A stretch of DNA of 31,880 nt. It comes from a bacterium (GTDB taxonomy: Bacteria > DUMJ01). The DNA lies in NCBI GenBank assembly GCA_049970495.1, contig JBMFMV010000016.1:1-31880 (forward strand), in the 5' to 3' direction. Positions 18,236-27,507 of the stretch are shown in pieces; positions within the stretch are counted from its first letter, which is position 1; every line of letters starts with the position of its first letter. The notes beneath the pieces were generated by a model. That model saw only the letters and a list, made by a program, of their open reading frames with translations. It had not been told where the DNA came from and did no database searches. The position numbers and the translations under genes are program-made.

Positions 18236-19329
18236 CTTCTTGCTCCATATAGATAATAAGCGCTACAGGTCCCTTCAGAAGATACCATACAAGGTCCTAT
18301 TGGATTACTAGGATTACAGACTTTACCAAAGAGGGGACATTCTAATGGGGACACAACGCCTCTTATAACCTCTCCACATCTGCAAGACTTATTCTCTTCA
18401 CTAACTTCTTTTATACTTATGGGGAACTGGATGCTAGCGTCAAATTCTTCATATTCTCTTTTTATCTTTAGTCCACTACTAGGAACTTTCCCCAAACCTC
18501 TCCAATAAGAATCATATATATCAAAGACTTGATATATCATATCTTGTGCTAGTTTATTTCCACTAGGTTTAACTGTCCTAAGGTATGTATTTACCACCTT
18601 TGGGTCATTTTCTTTGATCATCTCCAACAAAGCCTTTATTCCAAGAAGTATATCTACGATATCAAAACCTGCTATTGCTATAGGAATCTTATAATCTCTC
18701 GGGAGAAAATTCCAAACATCAGATCCTACTACAGTACTGACATGTCCTGGACCTAGAATGCCATTTAATTTTACCTCTCCCAATTCTAGAATAGACTTCA
18801 TAGCAGGAGGTGTAAGCTTATGCATAGAATATACAAAAAAGTTAGTTATTCCTCTCTTTTTGGCTTCAACTATGGCTCCAGCAACTGTAGGAGCAGTGGT
18901 TTCAAACCCTACCCCCAAAAAGATGACATTTTTCTTAGGATTCTGCACCGCTATATCCAATGCAGACATACAACTATAAACAATTCTTACATCCTTCCCT
19001 TCCGCTTTTATATCTTGGAGGCTTTTAAAACTTCCTGGAACTCTAACCATATCACCAAAAGTCGTTATTATGGTGTTAGGCATTTCTGCTAGAGCTAAAA
19101 AGTAGTCTATATCCCTATTATCAGTTACACATACAGGACAGCCAGGACCTGAAAGCATAGTAATATTTTTAGGAAGAAGTTCTCTTATACCAAATCTAAA
19201 GATAGAATGAGTATGAGTACCACAAAACTCCATAATTGCAACATTTCCAAGAGAAGAGGAGATATCTTCTATTTCAGAGAGAATTTTCTTAGACAATTGG
19301 ATATCATTATAATTTAGACCCTTCTTCAT
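18232..19329 (-). CDS. hypD: [NiFe]-hydrogenase maturation protein HypD
   Basis: CGTHTH, GPGCPVC, GFETT, PGHVS and GPCMVSSEGTC motifs. Confidence 0.97.
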   Translation of the reverse strand: MKKGLNYNDIQLSKKILSEIEDISSSLGNVAIMEFCGTHTHSIFRFGIRELLPKNITMLSGPGCPVCVTDNRDIDYFLALAEMPNTIITTFGDMVRVPGSFKSLQDIKAEGKDVRIVYSCMSALDIAVQNPKKNVIFLGVGFETTAPTVAGAIVEAKKRGITNFFVYSMHKLTPPAMKSILELGEVKLNGILGPGHVSTVVGSDVWNFLPRDYKIPIAIAGFDIVDILLGIKALLEMIKENDPKVVNTYLRTVKPSGNKLAQDMIYQVFDIYDSYWRGLGKVPSSGLKIKREYEEFDASIQFPISIKEVSEENKSCRCGEVIRGVVSPLECPLFGKVCNPSNPIGPCMVSSEGTCSAYYLYGARR

Positions 19330-20459
19330 CTCTTCTTTAACCTTTCTAAAACTGCGTAGTACTCCTTTATTTTATAAGCTAAGGGGGAGTCTAAAGGAAT
19401 CTTACATATATCTTTCAAGACACTATCTATGCCTTCTTTCTTTATCTTCTCTTGCAGTTCCAACGCACTCTTATCCTCTTCATAATCAAACAGAAGGGCA
19501 CCAGCTATACCAATAGCCAGATTCTCAAATGAAAGATTATGTTTCTCACACTCTAGTGCCGGTCCAACTAGTCTGTCTTCTGGACCAAGTTTTCTTATCG
19601 GATCTCTACCTACCCTAAGGACAGTATCCCCAAGATTTTTATTAGAAAACCTCTTTAAAAGCGTATCTAAATACCCCTCTATATGAATTGGATCTAACCC
19701 TAATCTAACTAGTAAAGCCTTTACCTCTTGTAAGGCACCAATAAGTACATCTCTTATCCAAGAATCCTGCACCGCATCAGATACATAAGTATATCCCTTT
19801 AAATATCCCAAATACCCAAGTATTGCATGTCCAGTATTGACTGTATATATCTTTCTTTTCCAAAAGAGGTCAAAGTTATCAACAAATTCTAAGCCCTTAA
19901 CATTAATCAGAGGACCAACAAAGGCTGATCTCTCTATAAGAAACTCATCATAATCTTCAACATTAACAGTAAGACTACCTCTTTCACTAGGCGGAACTAT
20001 ACGACCTATCTCTACGTTGGGGAAACCTACTAGGTTTGGTAAAGGAGAAAAGTATCTAAAAATCTCTATTTTTAATTTCTCTGTAGAGCGATAAAAATTC
20101 TCACAAGCCATAACATTAGCCGGTAAAGGTATATGCATTTTTAAGCCTTCTGCTATTATAGGAGCAAGTGATAGATATATATTTGGACCTACAGCGGTAG
20201 AGATAATACTTGCCTGTGATATATACTTTAAAAGCTCATCTCTATCTCTATTTATATGATAAATCTCAAAATTTCTAACCGTCTCTTCTCTTATGGATTC
20301 ACCTATAAGTCTAACTATATAATACTTTTTATCTCTTAGTAGAGAGATAAGCTGATCATCTATATCTGCAAAAATAATCTTGTAACCTGCTTTAGAAAAT
20401 ATATGACCTATATGTCCCCTTCCAACATTCCCGGCGCCAAACTGAACCACTATGTCCAT
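19326..20459 (-). CDS. mtlD: Mannitol-1-phosphate 5-dehydrogenase family protein
   Basis: FGAGNVGRG, STAVG, ACEN, RKIYTVNTGHA and RVGRDPIRKL..EDRL motifs. Confidence 0.82.
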   Translation of the reverse strand: MDIVVQFGAGNVGRGHIGHIFSKAGYKIIFADIDDQLISLLRDKKYYIVRLIGESIREETVRNFEIYHINRDRDELLKYISQASIISTAVGPNIYLSLAPIIAEGLKMHIPLPANVMACENFYRSTEKLKIEIFRYFSPLPNLVGFPNVEIGRIVPPSERGSLTVNVEDYDEFLIERSAFVGPLINVKGLEFVDNFDLFWKRKIYTVNTGHAILGYLGYLKGYTYVSDAVQDSWIRDVLIGALQEVKALLVRLGLDPIHIEGYLDTLLKRFSNKNLGDTVLRVGRDPIRKLGPEDRLVGPALECEKHNLSFENLAIGIAGALLFDYEEDKSALELQEKIKKEGIDSVLKDICKIPLDSPLAYKIKEYYAVLERLKKR

Positions 20460-21569
20460 CTATCCTTCTAGATACTCCTTAAGTTTTTTAGCTCTACTAG
20501 GATGTCTCAATTTTCTAAGGGCTTTAGCCTCTATCTGTCTTATCCTCTCTCTAGTAACATTGAATAGTTTTCCAACCTCTTCTAATGTATGAGGCCTTTC
20601 TCCTCCTAAGCCAAATCTAAGGACCAATATTTCCCTCTCTCTAGGAGAAAGCCCTTCTAGTATCTCCTGTATATCTTCTGAAAGAAGATGCTGAGAAGCA
20701 GTATCTGCAGGAGCTACCGCAGATGTGTCTTCAATGAGGTCCCCTAGTCTACTATCCTCTTCCTCTCCAACTGGGGTTTCCAAAGATATCGGCTCTTGGG
20801 CAGTCCTTATTATCTCTTCAATCTTTTCTGGAGAAACCCCCATCCTCTCTGCTATCTCCTCTATAGTAGGTTCTCTCCCCAACTCCTGTAGGAGTTGACG
20901 AGAATGCTTAACCAGTTTATTTATTGTCTCTATCATATGAACAGGAATTCGTATAGTTCTAGCTTGGTCTGCTATAGCTCTAGTTATGGCCTGTCTTATC
21001 CACCAAGTAGCATAGGTGCTAAACTTGTATCCCTTTCTATAGTCAAATTTCTCTACTGCTCTCATTAAGCCTAGGTTTCCTTCCTGTATAAGGTCTAAGA
21101 AAGAAAGTCCTCTACCAATATACCTCTTGGCTATACTAACTACAAGTCTTAAGTTGGCATTTATAAGCCTCTCTCTAGCAGCTTGATCATTGTTTTCCTT
21201 AACCCTCTTGGCAAGTTCTACTTCTTCCTCAGGGGTAAGGAGAGGTATCTTCCCTATTTCTCTAAGATAAAGTCTTACTGCATCATCTAGAGGGACAGCC
21301 TCTTCCGACTCTATCTCCTCTTCTAGTTTTTCAGCCTCTACAGGAAGGGCCTTTAATTCTTCCTCTTCTTCTATTTCTATACCGAGATTTAGAAGTAGTT
21401 TATAGAGGTAGTCTAAATGGTCGACATCTAGCTCTTCTCCAGGCATGGCCTTAAGTATGTCATCATGAGTTACAAATCCCTGGGTTCTGCCCTTATCAAC
21501 AAGATGCTCTACATTGGAGTTAAAGTTATCTTCTACAAATTCTTCTTGCTCCCTAATCTTCTCATCCAT
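20460..21569 (-). CDS. rpoD: Primary RNA polymerase sigma factor
   Basis: Regions 1.1-4: [43 protein letters not shown] and [20 protein letters not shown]; follows dnaG. Confidence 0.98.
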   Translation of the reverse strand: MDEKIREQEEFVEDNFNSNVEHLVDKGRTQGFVTHDDILKAMPGEELDVDHLDYLYKLLLNLGIEIEEEEELKALPVEAEKLEEEIESEEAVPLDDAVRLYLREIGKIPLLTPEEEVELAKRVKENNDQAARERLINANLRLVVSIAKRYIGRGLSFLDLIQEGNLGLMRAVEKFDYRKGYKFSTYATWWIRQAITRAIADQARTIRIPVHMIETINKLVKHSRQLLQELGREPTIEEIAERMGVSPEKIEEIIRTAQEPISLETPVGEEEDSRLGDLIEDTSAVAPADTASQHLLSEDIQEILEGLSPREREILVLRFGLGGERPHTLEEVGKLFNVTRERIRQIEAKALRKLRHPSRAKKLKEYLEG

Positions 21570-23331
21570 TCACAGACATTCTCCTTTCCCCTATACTAAA
21601 TATTTCTTTAGTTAACTCTTGAATCTTATTGGCAAGCTCTTTAGCCTTTTCAACCTCTCCATTTTTCTCTGCCAACTCTAATGCTTTTATAAGTTCATCT
21701 TTTTTCTTTTGCAATATTATACCATTTAGTCTATTTATAGTTTCAATTAGAGTATTTTCGGATAATTCTATCTGTTCAGATATATTTATCTGAGCAATGA
21801 TATTTGAAAGTCTATCATCTTCTACCTCGAATCCACCACCCTCAAAATTCCATTCTAATAGACGCTCATATATCTCTCTATATTCCTCTACTGTAAATAT
21901 ATCAGGCTGAAATACCTGCTTGATTATATTAAGAAATCTCACATCGGTAAGTGCAAACAATAAGAGTTGCCTCTCTAATCTCTCTCTTAAGGCATCTATA
22001 TCTTCTCTATGCATCCAGCTTAACGCAGAGACAGAAGTAACCTCAAATTCCTTTTTCCTTGAGATATAAAATAGGTCAAATTCTCTATACAGTATCTCTG
22101 GAGGCATCTTACCAAGGGTAGCTATCTTATCCAAATATGCCCTTTGAATAGATATTCTAGGTTCACTCCTCAACAGTGGGAAAAACTCTTGAAAGAATTG
22201 AATCCTTCCTTCTAAGGATGATATATCGTATCTACTTATCAATAGATCTAGCATATAATCAAGAAATGTTTTAGCTCTATTTATAATATCTAAAAAGACT
22301 ATAGGGCCCTGATTACGTATAAGTTCATCGGGGTCTTTAAAGACAGACCAACGAGCTATTCTGACATTACAACCAACCTCTCTTAGCACATTTGCCCCTC
22401 TAATTACAGCCAAATCTCCTGCAGTATCAGTATCGAAGGCTATAACAATATCTCTGGCTATTCTCTTTAGGGCTAGTCCTTGTTCTCTAGTAAATGCAGT
22501 TCCCATAGATGCCACAACATTCTTTATACCAGCCTGATATAAAGATATACAATCCATATAGCCTTCTACTATTATTGCCTGATCCTTCTTCATTATCTCA
22601 TCTCTAGTCTGGTATAAGCCATAAAGGATATGACCCTTTCTAAAGACAGGGGTTTCTGGAGTATTTATATACTTTGGCAGAGAATCGTCTAGTACCCTAC
22701 CACCAAAACCCAAGGTATGTCCTGTGATATCAATAATGGGAAAGATTATCCTATCTCTAAAACGATCATACGTCTTACCAGTTTCTTTGTCATTTATTAT
22801 AAGTCCTAGTATCTCCTGTGTCTCTAGGCTTACCCCTTTTTTCTCAAGAAATTTTTGTAAGGCATTCCAACTAGCTATAGCATATCCAAGTTTAAATGTA
22901 TCAATAGTATCCTTCTTTATCCCCCTCTTAGCCAAATAATCTCTAGGAACTTTACCATAAGTAGTCTCTGTAAGTATATAATGAAAGTACTTGGTTACTA
23001 AATCATTTACTTTATAAAACTCTCTAATACCTCCAGAAGTCTCATCTCCAGCTTCATCTATTTCTATACCAACTCTTCTACCAAGTTGGGCAAGAGCTTC
23101 TCTATAGGAAAGATGCTCTATCTTCATCAGAAACTTTATAACATCTCCACCTTCTTTACAGCCAAAACAGTAGAATAACTGTTTATCTGGACTTACAGTA
23201 AACGAAGGATTATGGTCATTATGAAAGGGGCAAAGTCCTATGTAATTCTTACCAGATCTTGTTAATTTTACGTAAGAAGAGATAAAATCTACTATATCAA
23301 TTCTCTCTTTTATTCTCTGAGAGATACTCAT
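21562..23331 (-). CDS. dnaG: DNA primase
   Basis: Zinc finger CPFH...[17 protein letters not shown] and TOPRIM motifs VEGYMD and FDTDTAG. Confidence 0.97.
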   Translation of the reverse strand: MSISQRIKERIDIVDFISSYVKLTRSGKNYIGLCPFHNDHNPSFTVSPDKQLFYCFGCKEGGDVIKFLMKIEHLSYREALAQLGRRVGIEIDEAGDETSGGIREFYKVNDLVTKYFHYILTETTYGKVPRDYLAKRGIKKDTIDTFKLGYAIASWNALQKFLEKKGVSLETQEILGLIINDKETGKTYDRFRDRIIFPIIDITGHTLGFGGRVLDDSLPKYINTPETPVFRKGHILYGLYQTRDEIMKKDQAIIVEGYMDCISLYQAGIKNVVASMGTAFTREQGLALKRIARDIVIAFDTDTAGDLAVIRGANVLREVGCNVRIARWSVFKDPDELIRNQGPIVFLDIINRAKTFLDYMLDLLISRYDISSLEGRIQFFQEFFPLLRSEPRISIQRAYLDKIATLGKMPPEILYREFDLFYISRKKEFEVTSVSALSWMHREDIDALRERLERQLLLFALTDVRFLNIIKQVFQPDIFTVEEYREIYERLLEWNFEGGGFEVEDDRLSNIIAQINISEQIELSENTLIETINRLNGIILQKKKDELIKALELAEKNGEVEKAKELANKIQELTKEIFSIGERRMSVNG

Positions 23332-23337
23332 ATTAAT

Positions 23338-23346
23338 ATTATATCA
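23338..23346 (-). promoter_or_regulatory. Extended -10 promoter 6 nt upstream of the dnaG ATG (leaderless)
   Basis: TGaTATAAT-attaat-ATG; no SD in the spacer. Confidence 0.75.
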
Positions 23347-23355
23347 TGGTTTAAA

Positions 23356-24390
23356 TTACCTCTTTGATATGATTCCAATCCTAGGGAAATTCCTTATAAC
23401 AACCTCTATAACATTTCCATCCTTAGCTATCTCTGAACTCACATATCCCATTCCTATTCCAACATCAAAATAAGGAGAATAATTACCCGAGGTAACCCTA
23501 CCTGTTCTTATTCCTCGATATCTAATCTCGTCTCCCTTTCTAGGTATTGCCTTCTCCTGTAATCTAAACCAGATTAGTTTTTCTTTGGTTCCATTTTTGA
23601 TAATATCCCTAATTATATTAGAACCTATAAATTTTCTACTATTTAATTTTACAAATCTCTCTAAGCCTGCTGTTATTGGATCTATATCTTCACTCAGTTC
23701 ATTACCATATAGACAGTATCCTGCCTCAAGTCTAAGGATATCTCTAGCTCCCAAACCACAAGGTATTCCTTTTAAAGATATAGCCTTCTCCCACAAAGAT
23801 ATAATTGCTTTAGAGGAGGCAAATATCTCAAAACCATCTTCTCCTGTATAGCCTGTTCTAGAAACGATTATATCTTCAAGATTGATTAAAGAAAACCTTC
23901 TTAAGTTGCTCAGATTTATATCAAATAGCTCTTCAACTAATTCTTTAGACTTTGGACCCTGGATAGCTATAGAAGAAAGACCTTCGGTAATATCTTCGAT
24001 AACTTCCTTCTTACTATGAAGTTTTAGCCAATCTAGAACTTTACCATGATTACAGGCGTTAGCTATGAGTAAAAAATGAGATTCATCTAGTCTCATAAGG
24101 ACAGTATCATCTATTATTCCACCTTTTTCGTTACAGAGAAGAGTATACTGAGCTCTTCCAATATCAAGTCTTCTAGGATCGTTAGTAAAAAGTCTATCCA
24201 AAAATTCTAAAGAGTCAGATATTATTAGGAAACGAGCCATATGGGATACGTCAAATATACCTACATTAGTCCTAGTAGCCTTAGCTTCTTCCACCATACT
24301 ATTATAGTAAAGTGGCATCTGCCAACCAAAGAAATCTATAAATTTGGCTCCTAATTCTTTGTGTAGTTCATAAAGAGGGGTATGTATCAT
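23356..24390 (-). CDS. gcvT: Glycine cleavage system aminomethyltransferase T
   Basis: TPLY..H, GWQMP, FDVSHM, SRTGYTGEDGFE and GLGARDILRLEAG motifs. Confidence 0.93.
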   Translation of the reverse strand: MIHTPLYELHKELGAKFIDFFGWQMPLYYNSMVEEAKATRTNVGIFDVSHMARFLIISDSLEFLDRLFTNDPRRLDIGRAQYTLLCNEKGGIIDDTVLMRLDESHFLLIANACNHGKVLDWLKLHSKKEVIEDITEGLSSIAIQGPKSKELVEELFDINLSNLRRFSLINLEDIIVSRTGYTGEDGFEIFASSKAIISLWEKAISLKGIPCGLGARDILRLEAGYCLYGNELSEDIDPITAGLERFVKLNSRKFIGSNIIRDIIKNGTKEKLIWFRLQEKAIPRKGDEIRYRGIRTGRVTSGNYSPYFDVGIGMGYVSSEIAKDGNVIEVVIRNFPRIGIISKR

Positions 24391-24400
24391 ATAGTTTTAT

Positions 24401-25333
24401 CTACCTCCTAAACATTTCTGATGCTTGTAATATAAAGAATGCGATTCTTTCTCCTAAAGAGCCTTTTTCCCTAAGTACCTTATACCGAGTCCCATCTGAG
24501 AGTATAGCAACTGTTCCGTCCCTATCTGTCCTGTAAAATCTTACATTATTCCTCCTTAGTAACTCTAACACCTCCCTATGCGGATGTCCATAAGGATTAT
24601 TTCTACCAACCGATATAACAGCAGTTTCCGGTGATACTATATCTATAAGCCTCTGGTTAGTTCCAGTACTAGAACCATGATGAGATATCTTTAATACTTT
24701 ACTTCTTAACTTATCCCTATTGATCTCAATAAGGAAGGATTGTTCTTCTATCTCTGCATCACCTAAAAGAAGTATATCAAAACTTTTGTAAGATAATTTA
24801 CTAACAACAGAGCCATTATTTATATCTTTTATATCATTAGGCAAAGGAAAGATGTAAAGCTCTGCAGACTGTATGTGAATGGTTTGTCCATTAGGCCTTA
24901 TATAATTTATCTTTTTCTCATCTACTAGATCAAGAAGCTTTTTATACATCTTCGAGGTATGAGGTATACCAGGGTCAAGATAATATTCTGGAGTATATCT
25001 CTCGATTATCTCAGCCATCCCTCCTATATGGTCGCTGTGAGGGTGAGTAACAATCACTAAATTTATCCTCCTTACTCCAAGGGAATTTATCTTACCTGCA
25101 GAAAGACTCTTATCTGGACCAGCATCTATCAGAATATTTCTATCGAAGGCTTTTATAAGAATACTATCTCCCTGTCCTACGTCAAGGACAAAGATCTTTA
25201 TATCTGCATTAAATAATAAACTTCTAGATGAGAATATATCTCTTACATTAGAATCAGATATACCAAAACCGATTAAGATTATAGATAGTACAATAAAGGT
25301 GGTAGTAAACTTCCTAGTTTTTCTCACAGCCAA
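24401..25333 (-). CDS. ComEC/Rec2-type metallo-beta-lactamase-fold nuclease with N-terminal membrane anchor
   Basis: LDVGQGDS, IDAG, THPHSDHIGG, NNGS, GDAE, HHGS, NPYGHPH and RTD..G; lacks the ComEC channel domain. Confidence 0.88.
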   Translation of the reverse strand: MAVRKTRKFTTTFIVLSIILIGFGISDSNVRDIFSSRSLLFNADIKIFVLDVGQGDSILIKAFDRNILIDAGPDKSLSAGKINSLGVRRINLVIVTHPHSDHIGGMAEIIERYTPEYYLDPGIPHTSKMYKKLLDLVDEKKINYIRPNGQTIHIQSAELYIFPLPNDIKDINNGSVVSKLSYKSFDILLLGDAEIEEQSFLIEINRDKLRSKVLKISHHGSSTGTNQRLIDIVSPETAVISVGRNNPYGHPHREVLELLRRNNVRFYRTDRDGTVAILSDGTRYKVLREKGSLGERIAFFILQASEMFRR

Positions 25334-25563
25334 ATATCGCCTTTTTCTCCTCTTCCTTTAAGCCTATTAATTTTATCCTTTGTCTCTTTTCTAAGTCTTT
25401 CTGTTTCTTCCTTATCTATTTCAAACTTAATAATTACAACATCCCCCTCTTTAGCCTCTCTCGGGAGAAGAAATCTTGGAATATTAATAGTCGTGTCATT
25501 GACTAATACTGCTATATCTTCCTCAAACCTATCTATAATAAACTTTATTTCTTTAGTGGACAC
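25324..25563 (-). CDS. DUF3006 domain protein
   Basis: IIDRFEEDIAVL...IP..LLP.EAKEGDV signature; commonly paired with MBL-only ComEC-like genes. Confidence 0.85.
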   Translation of the reverse strand: MSTKEIKFIIDRFEEDIAVLVNDTTINIPRFLLPREAKEGDVVIIKFEIDKEETERLRKETKDKINRLKGRGEKGDIWL

Positions 25564-26201
25564 GGGCCCTCCTCAGGACAAGGGCCACTAAAACAAAAAG
25601 GGCCAGCCTTTTCAAAGATAATGGGAGCAACTCTTTTGACCTCTTTAAGCATAAGATTAGCCATTGCCCTTATTTCCCACTGTGCCCTAAGACAACATCT
25701 AAGATTAAAAAAATGCAACAATTCTCTAGCATTCATAGTAACTATAATCTTTGTAGTAATACCTTGTGGTAAGACATATCTAGCGTCCTCCTCAGGAATG
25801 CCTAATTCAATAAGTTTGTTATATGTCGTTCTGGCAAGATTATTTATGCTAGATAATAATTCTAATGCAGAATCATTCTTCATAATAGAAGGTGGTATAA
25901 CAAATTCTGCATTAGACATCTTTACATATCTTTGGCTCTGCTGCGAATAACTAGCTATTCTATGCCTAACTAACTGATGTGAAGTTACCCTAGATATACC
26001 CTCTATACCGAAAGTAAAACTGACATGTTCAAATGGTGACAAATGGCCAGACCTTCTAAGCTTATCCAAAAGTTCTTTAACCTTATCATCAGTAAGCTTT
26101 TCGGAAAGCTCAGGGATACCAATCTTGCTATAGCATAGTCTTGCAGAAAGGGCAACTACTCTATCTGGCTCAGGTGTATAGGATAAAAGTCTTACATTCA
26201 T
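25545..26201 (-). CDS. thyX: FAD-dependent thymidylate synthase
   Basis: GHLSPFEH, SRVTSHQLVRHRIASYSQQSQRY (RHRx7S), EDARY and AQWEIR. True start is ATG 26201 (MNVRLLSY), since the ORF-track extension overlaps tRNA genes. Confidence 0.96.
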   Translation of the reverse strand: MNVRLLSYTPEPDRVVALSARLCYSKIGIPELSEKLTDDKVKELLDKLRRSGHLSPFEHVSFTFGIEGISRVTSHQLVRHRIASYSQQSQRYVKMSNAEFVIPPSIMKNDSALELLSSINNLARTTYNKLIELGIPEEDARYVLPQGITTKIIVTMNARELLHFFNLRCCLRAQWEIRAMANLMLKEVKRVAPIIFEKAGPFCFSGPCPEEGPCPLKK

Positions 26202-26208
26202 ATTGGGT

Positions 26209-26217
26209 ATTATAACA
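26209..26217 (-). promoter_or_regulatory. Extended -10 promoter 7 nt upstream of the thyX ATG (leaderless)
   Basis: TGtTATAAT-acccaat-ATG; no SD. Confidence 0.72.
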
Positions 26218-26224
26218 TAAAAAA

Positions 26225-26299
26225 TGGTGGGCGGTAGTGGAGTTGAACCACTGGCCTCTTCGGTGTCAACGAAGCGTTCTCCCGCTGAACTAACCGCCC
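26225..26299 (-). tRNA. tRNA-Val (GAC)
   Basis: GGGCGGT/ACCGCCC acceptor stem, anticodon arm CTTCG-TT GAC AC-CGAAG, GGTTCAACTCC T arm, encoded CCA. Confidence 0.97.
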
Positions 26300-26306
26300 A
26301 CTCACA

Positions 26307-26383
26307 TGGAGGGGACGCCCGGATTCGAACCGAGGAATAGCGGATTTGCAATCCGCCGCCTTAATCCGCTTGGCTACGTCCCC
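26307..26383 (-). tRNA. tRNA-Cys (GCA)
   Basis: GGGGACG/CGTCCCC acceptor stem, GCGGA-TT GCA AA-TCCGC anticodon arm, GGTTCGAATCC T arm, U73 discriminator, encoded CCA. Confidence 0.97.
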
Positions 26384-26395
26384 TTAGCTATAACT

Positions 26396-26424
26396 ATACT
26401 AGCATAATATTTTTTAAAAAGCAA
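26396..26424 (-). promoter_or_regulatory. Promoter of the tRNA-Cys/tRNA-Val pair
   Basis: TTGCTT, 17 nt, TAGTAT with TGn extension, ending 12 nt upstream of tRNA-Cys. Confidence 0.7.
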
Positions 26425-26490
26425 TATAGGTAGAGGATTATTTTCATGATCTATTAACCGTAAAAGTTGAAGAGTCATAAACTTATTCAT

Positions 26491-27507
26491 TTACGGATTA
26501 ACTATCACCTTTATGCATTTATCCTTATTCTTATCTGCAAATTCCAAGGCCTCTTGAGTCTGTTCTAGAGGAAAGTGATGTGTAACAAGAGTCTTTAGGT
26601 TTATCTTTCCTTTAGCCACTAAGTCTACAGCTTTCTTATATACATTGGCATATCTAAATATACCAAGAAGGTCTAATTCTTTTGAAGTTATTTCATTTAT
26701 ATTGAGCCCGATATAATCTTCAGATGCTAATCCTATAAAGACTATCTTTCCTCCTCTTTTGGCAAATCTTGTAGACTCTCTTATAACAGAAGAATTACCA
26801 GAGGCATCAAAGACCACATCTACTCCATCTTTAACATAGTCCTCTATCCTTTCTGTCTTACTATTTATGACAAAGTCTGCTCCAATTTCTTTAGCCTTTG
26901 ATAATCTAAAATCATTTATATCAACAACAATAACATTCTCTGCTCCATAAGACTTGGCAGCCTGAAGAGTTACTAAGCCTATAGGTCCGGCACCAAAGAT
27001 CAGCACGGTATCCCCAGGTCTTATTTTAGCCCTTTCTGAAGAATATATCCCTACAGACAGAGGCTCTATTAAAGCCCCTTCATCATAGGAGACATTATCT
27101 GGAAGTTTAAATGCGAAGTCTTCTGGATGCACAACATATTCAGCAAAGGCTCCATCAACAGGTGGTGTCGCCATAAATACTACATCAGGACAGAGATTAT
27201 ATCTTCCCGTCTTACAGTAATTACACTTCCTACAAGGAATCCCAGGCTCTAATGCCACCCTATCTCCCACTTTAAGAGATTTTACTTTAGGTCCAACCTC
27301 AACTATTTCTCCTGCACACTCATGACCTAGAACTAGAGGTTTTTCCACTATAAAAGAGCCTATTCTTCCCTCATTATAGTAGTGTATATCTGAGCCGCAG
27401 ACGCCTACAGATTTTATTCTTACTAAGACCTCATCATCTTTAGGTTTAGGGATTTCCCTCTCTTCTATAGAGATCTTTTTTGCCATTTCTAACACTGCTA
27501 CTCTCAT
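26491..27507 (-). CDS. Zn-dependent polyol (sorbitol/xylitol/iditol) dehydrogenase, MDR family
   Basis: GVCGSDIHYY, LGHE, VALEPG, CRKCNYC..GRYNLC, FMATPPVDG, GAGPIG and FRY motifs. Confidence 0.88.
   Translation of the reverse strand: MRVAVLEMAKKISIEEREIPKPKDDEVLVRIKSVGVCGSDIHYYNEGRIGSFIVEKPLVLGHECAGEIVEVGPKVKSLKVGDRVALEPGIPCRKCNYCKTGRYNLCPDVVFMATPPVDGAFAEYVVHPEDFAFKLPDNVSYDEGALIEPLSVGIYSSERAKIRPGDTVLIFGAGPIGLVTLQAAKSYGAENVIVVDINDFRLSKAKEIGADFVINSKTERIEDYVKDGVDVVFDASGNSSVIRESTRFAKRGGKIVFIGLASEDYIGLNINEITSKELDLLGIFRYANVYKKAVDLVAKGKINLKTLVTHHFPLEQTQEALEFADKNKDKCIKVIVNP

Noticed and set aside
26202..26351. 50-aa N-terminal extension of ThyX in the ORF track
   Set aside because: It is a translation of the tRNA-Cys and tRNA-Val genes; ThyX-like sequence begins at ATG 26201.
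26225..26383. tRNAs as an integration site for a genomic island
   Set aside because: No integrase or duplicated tRNA 3' end was seen, and housekeeping thyX follows directly.
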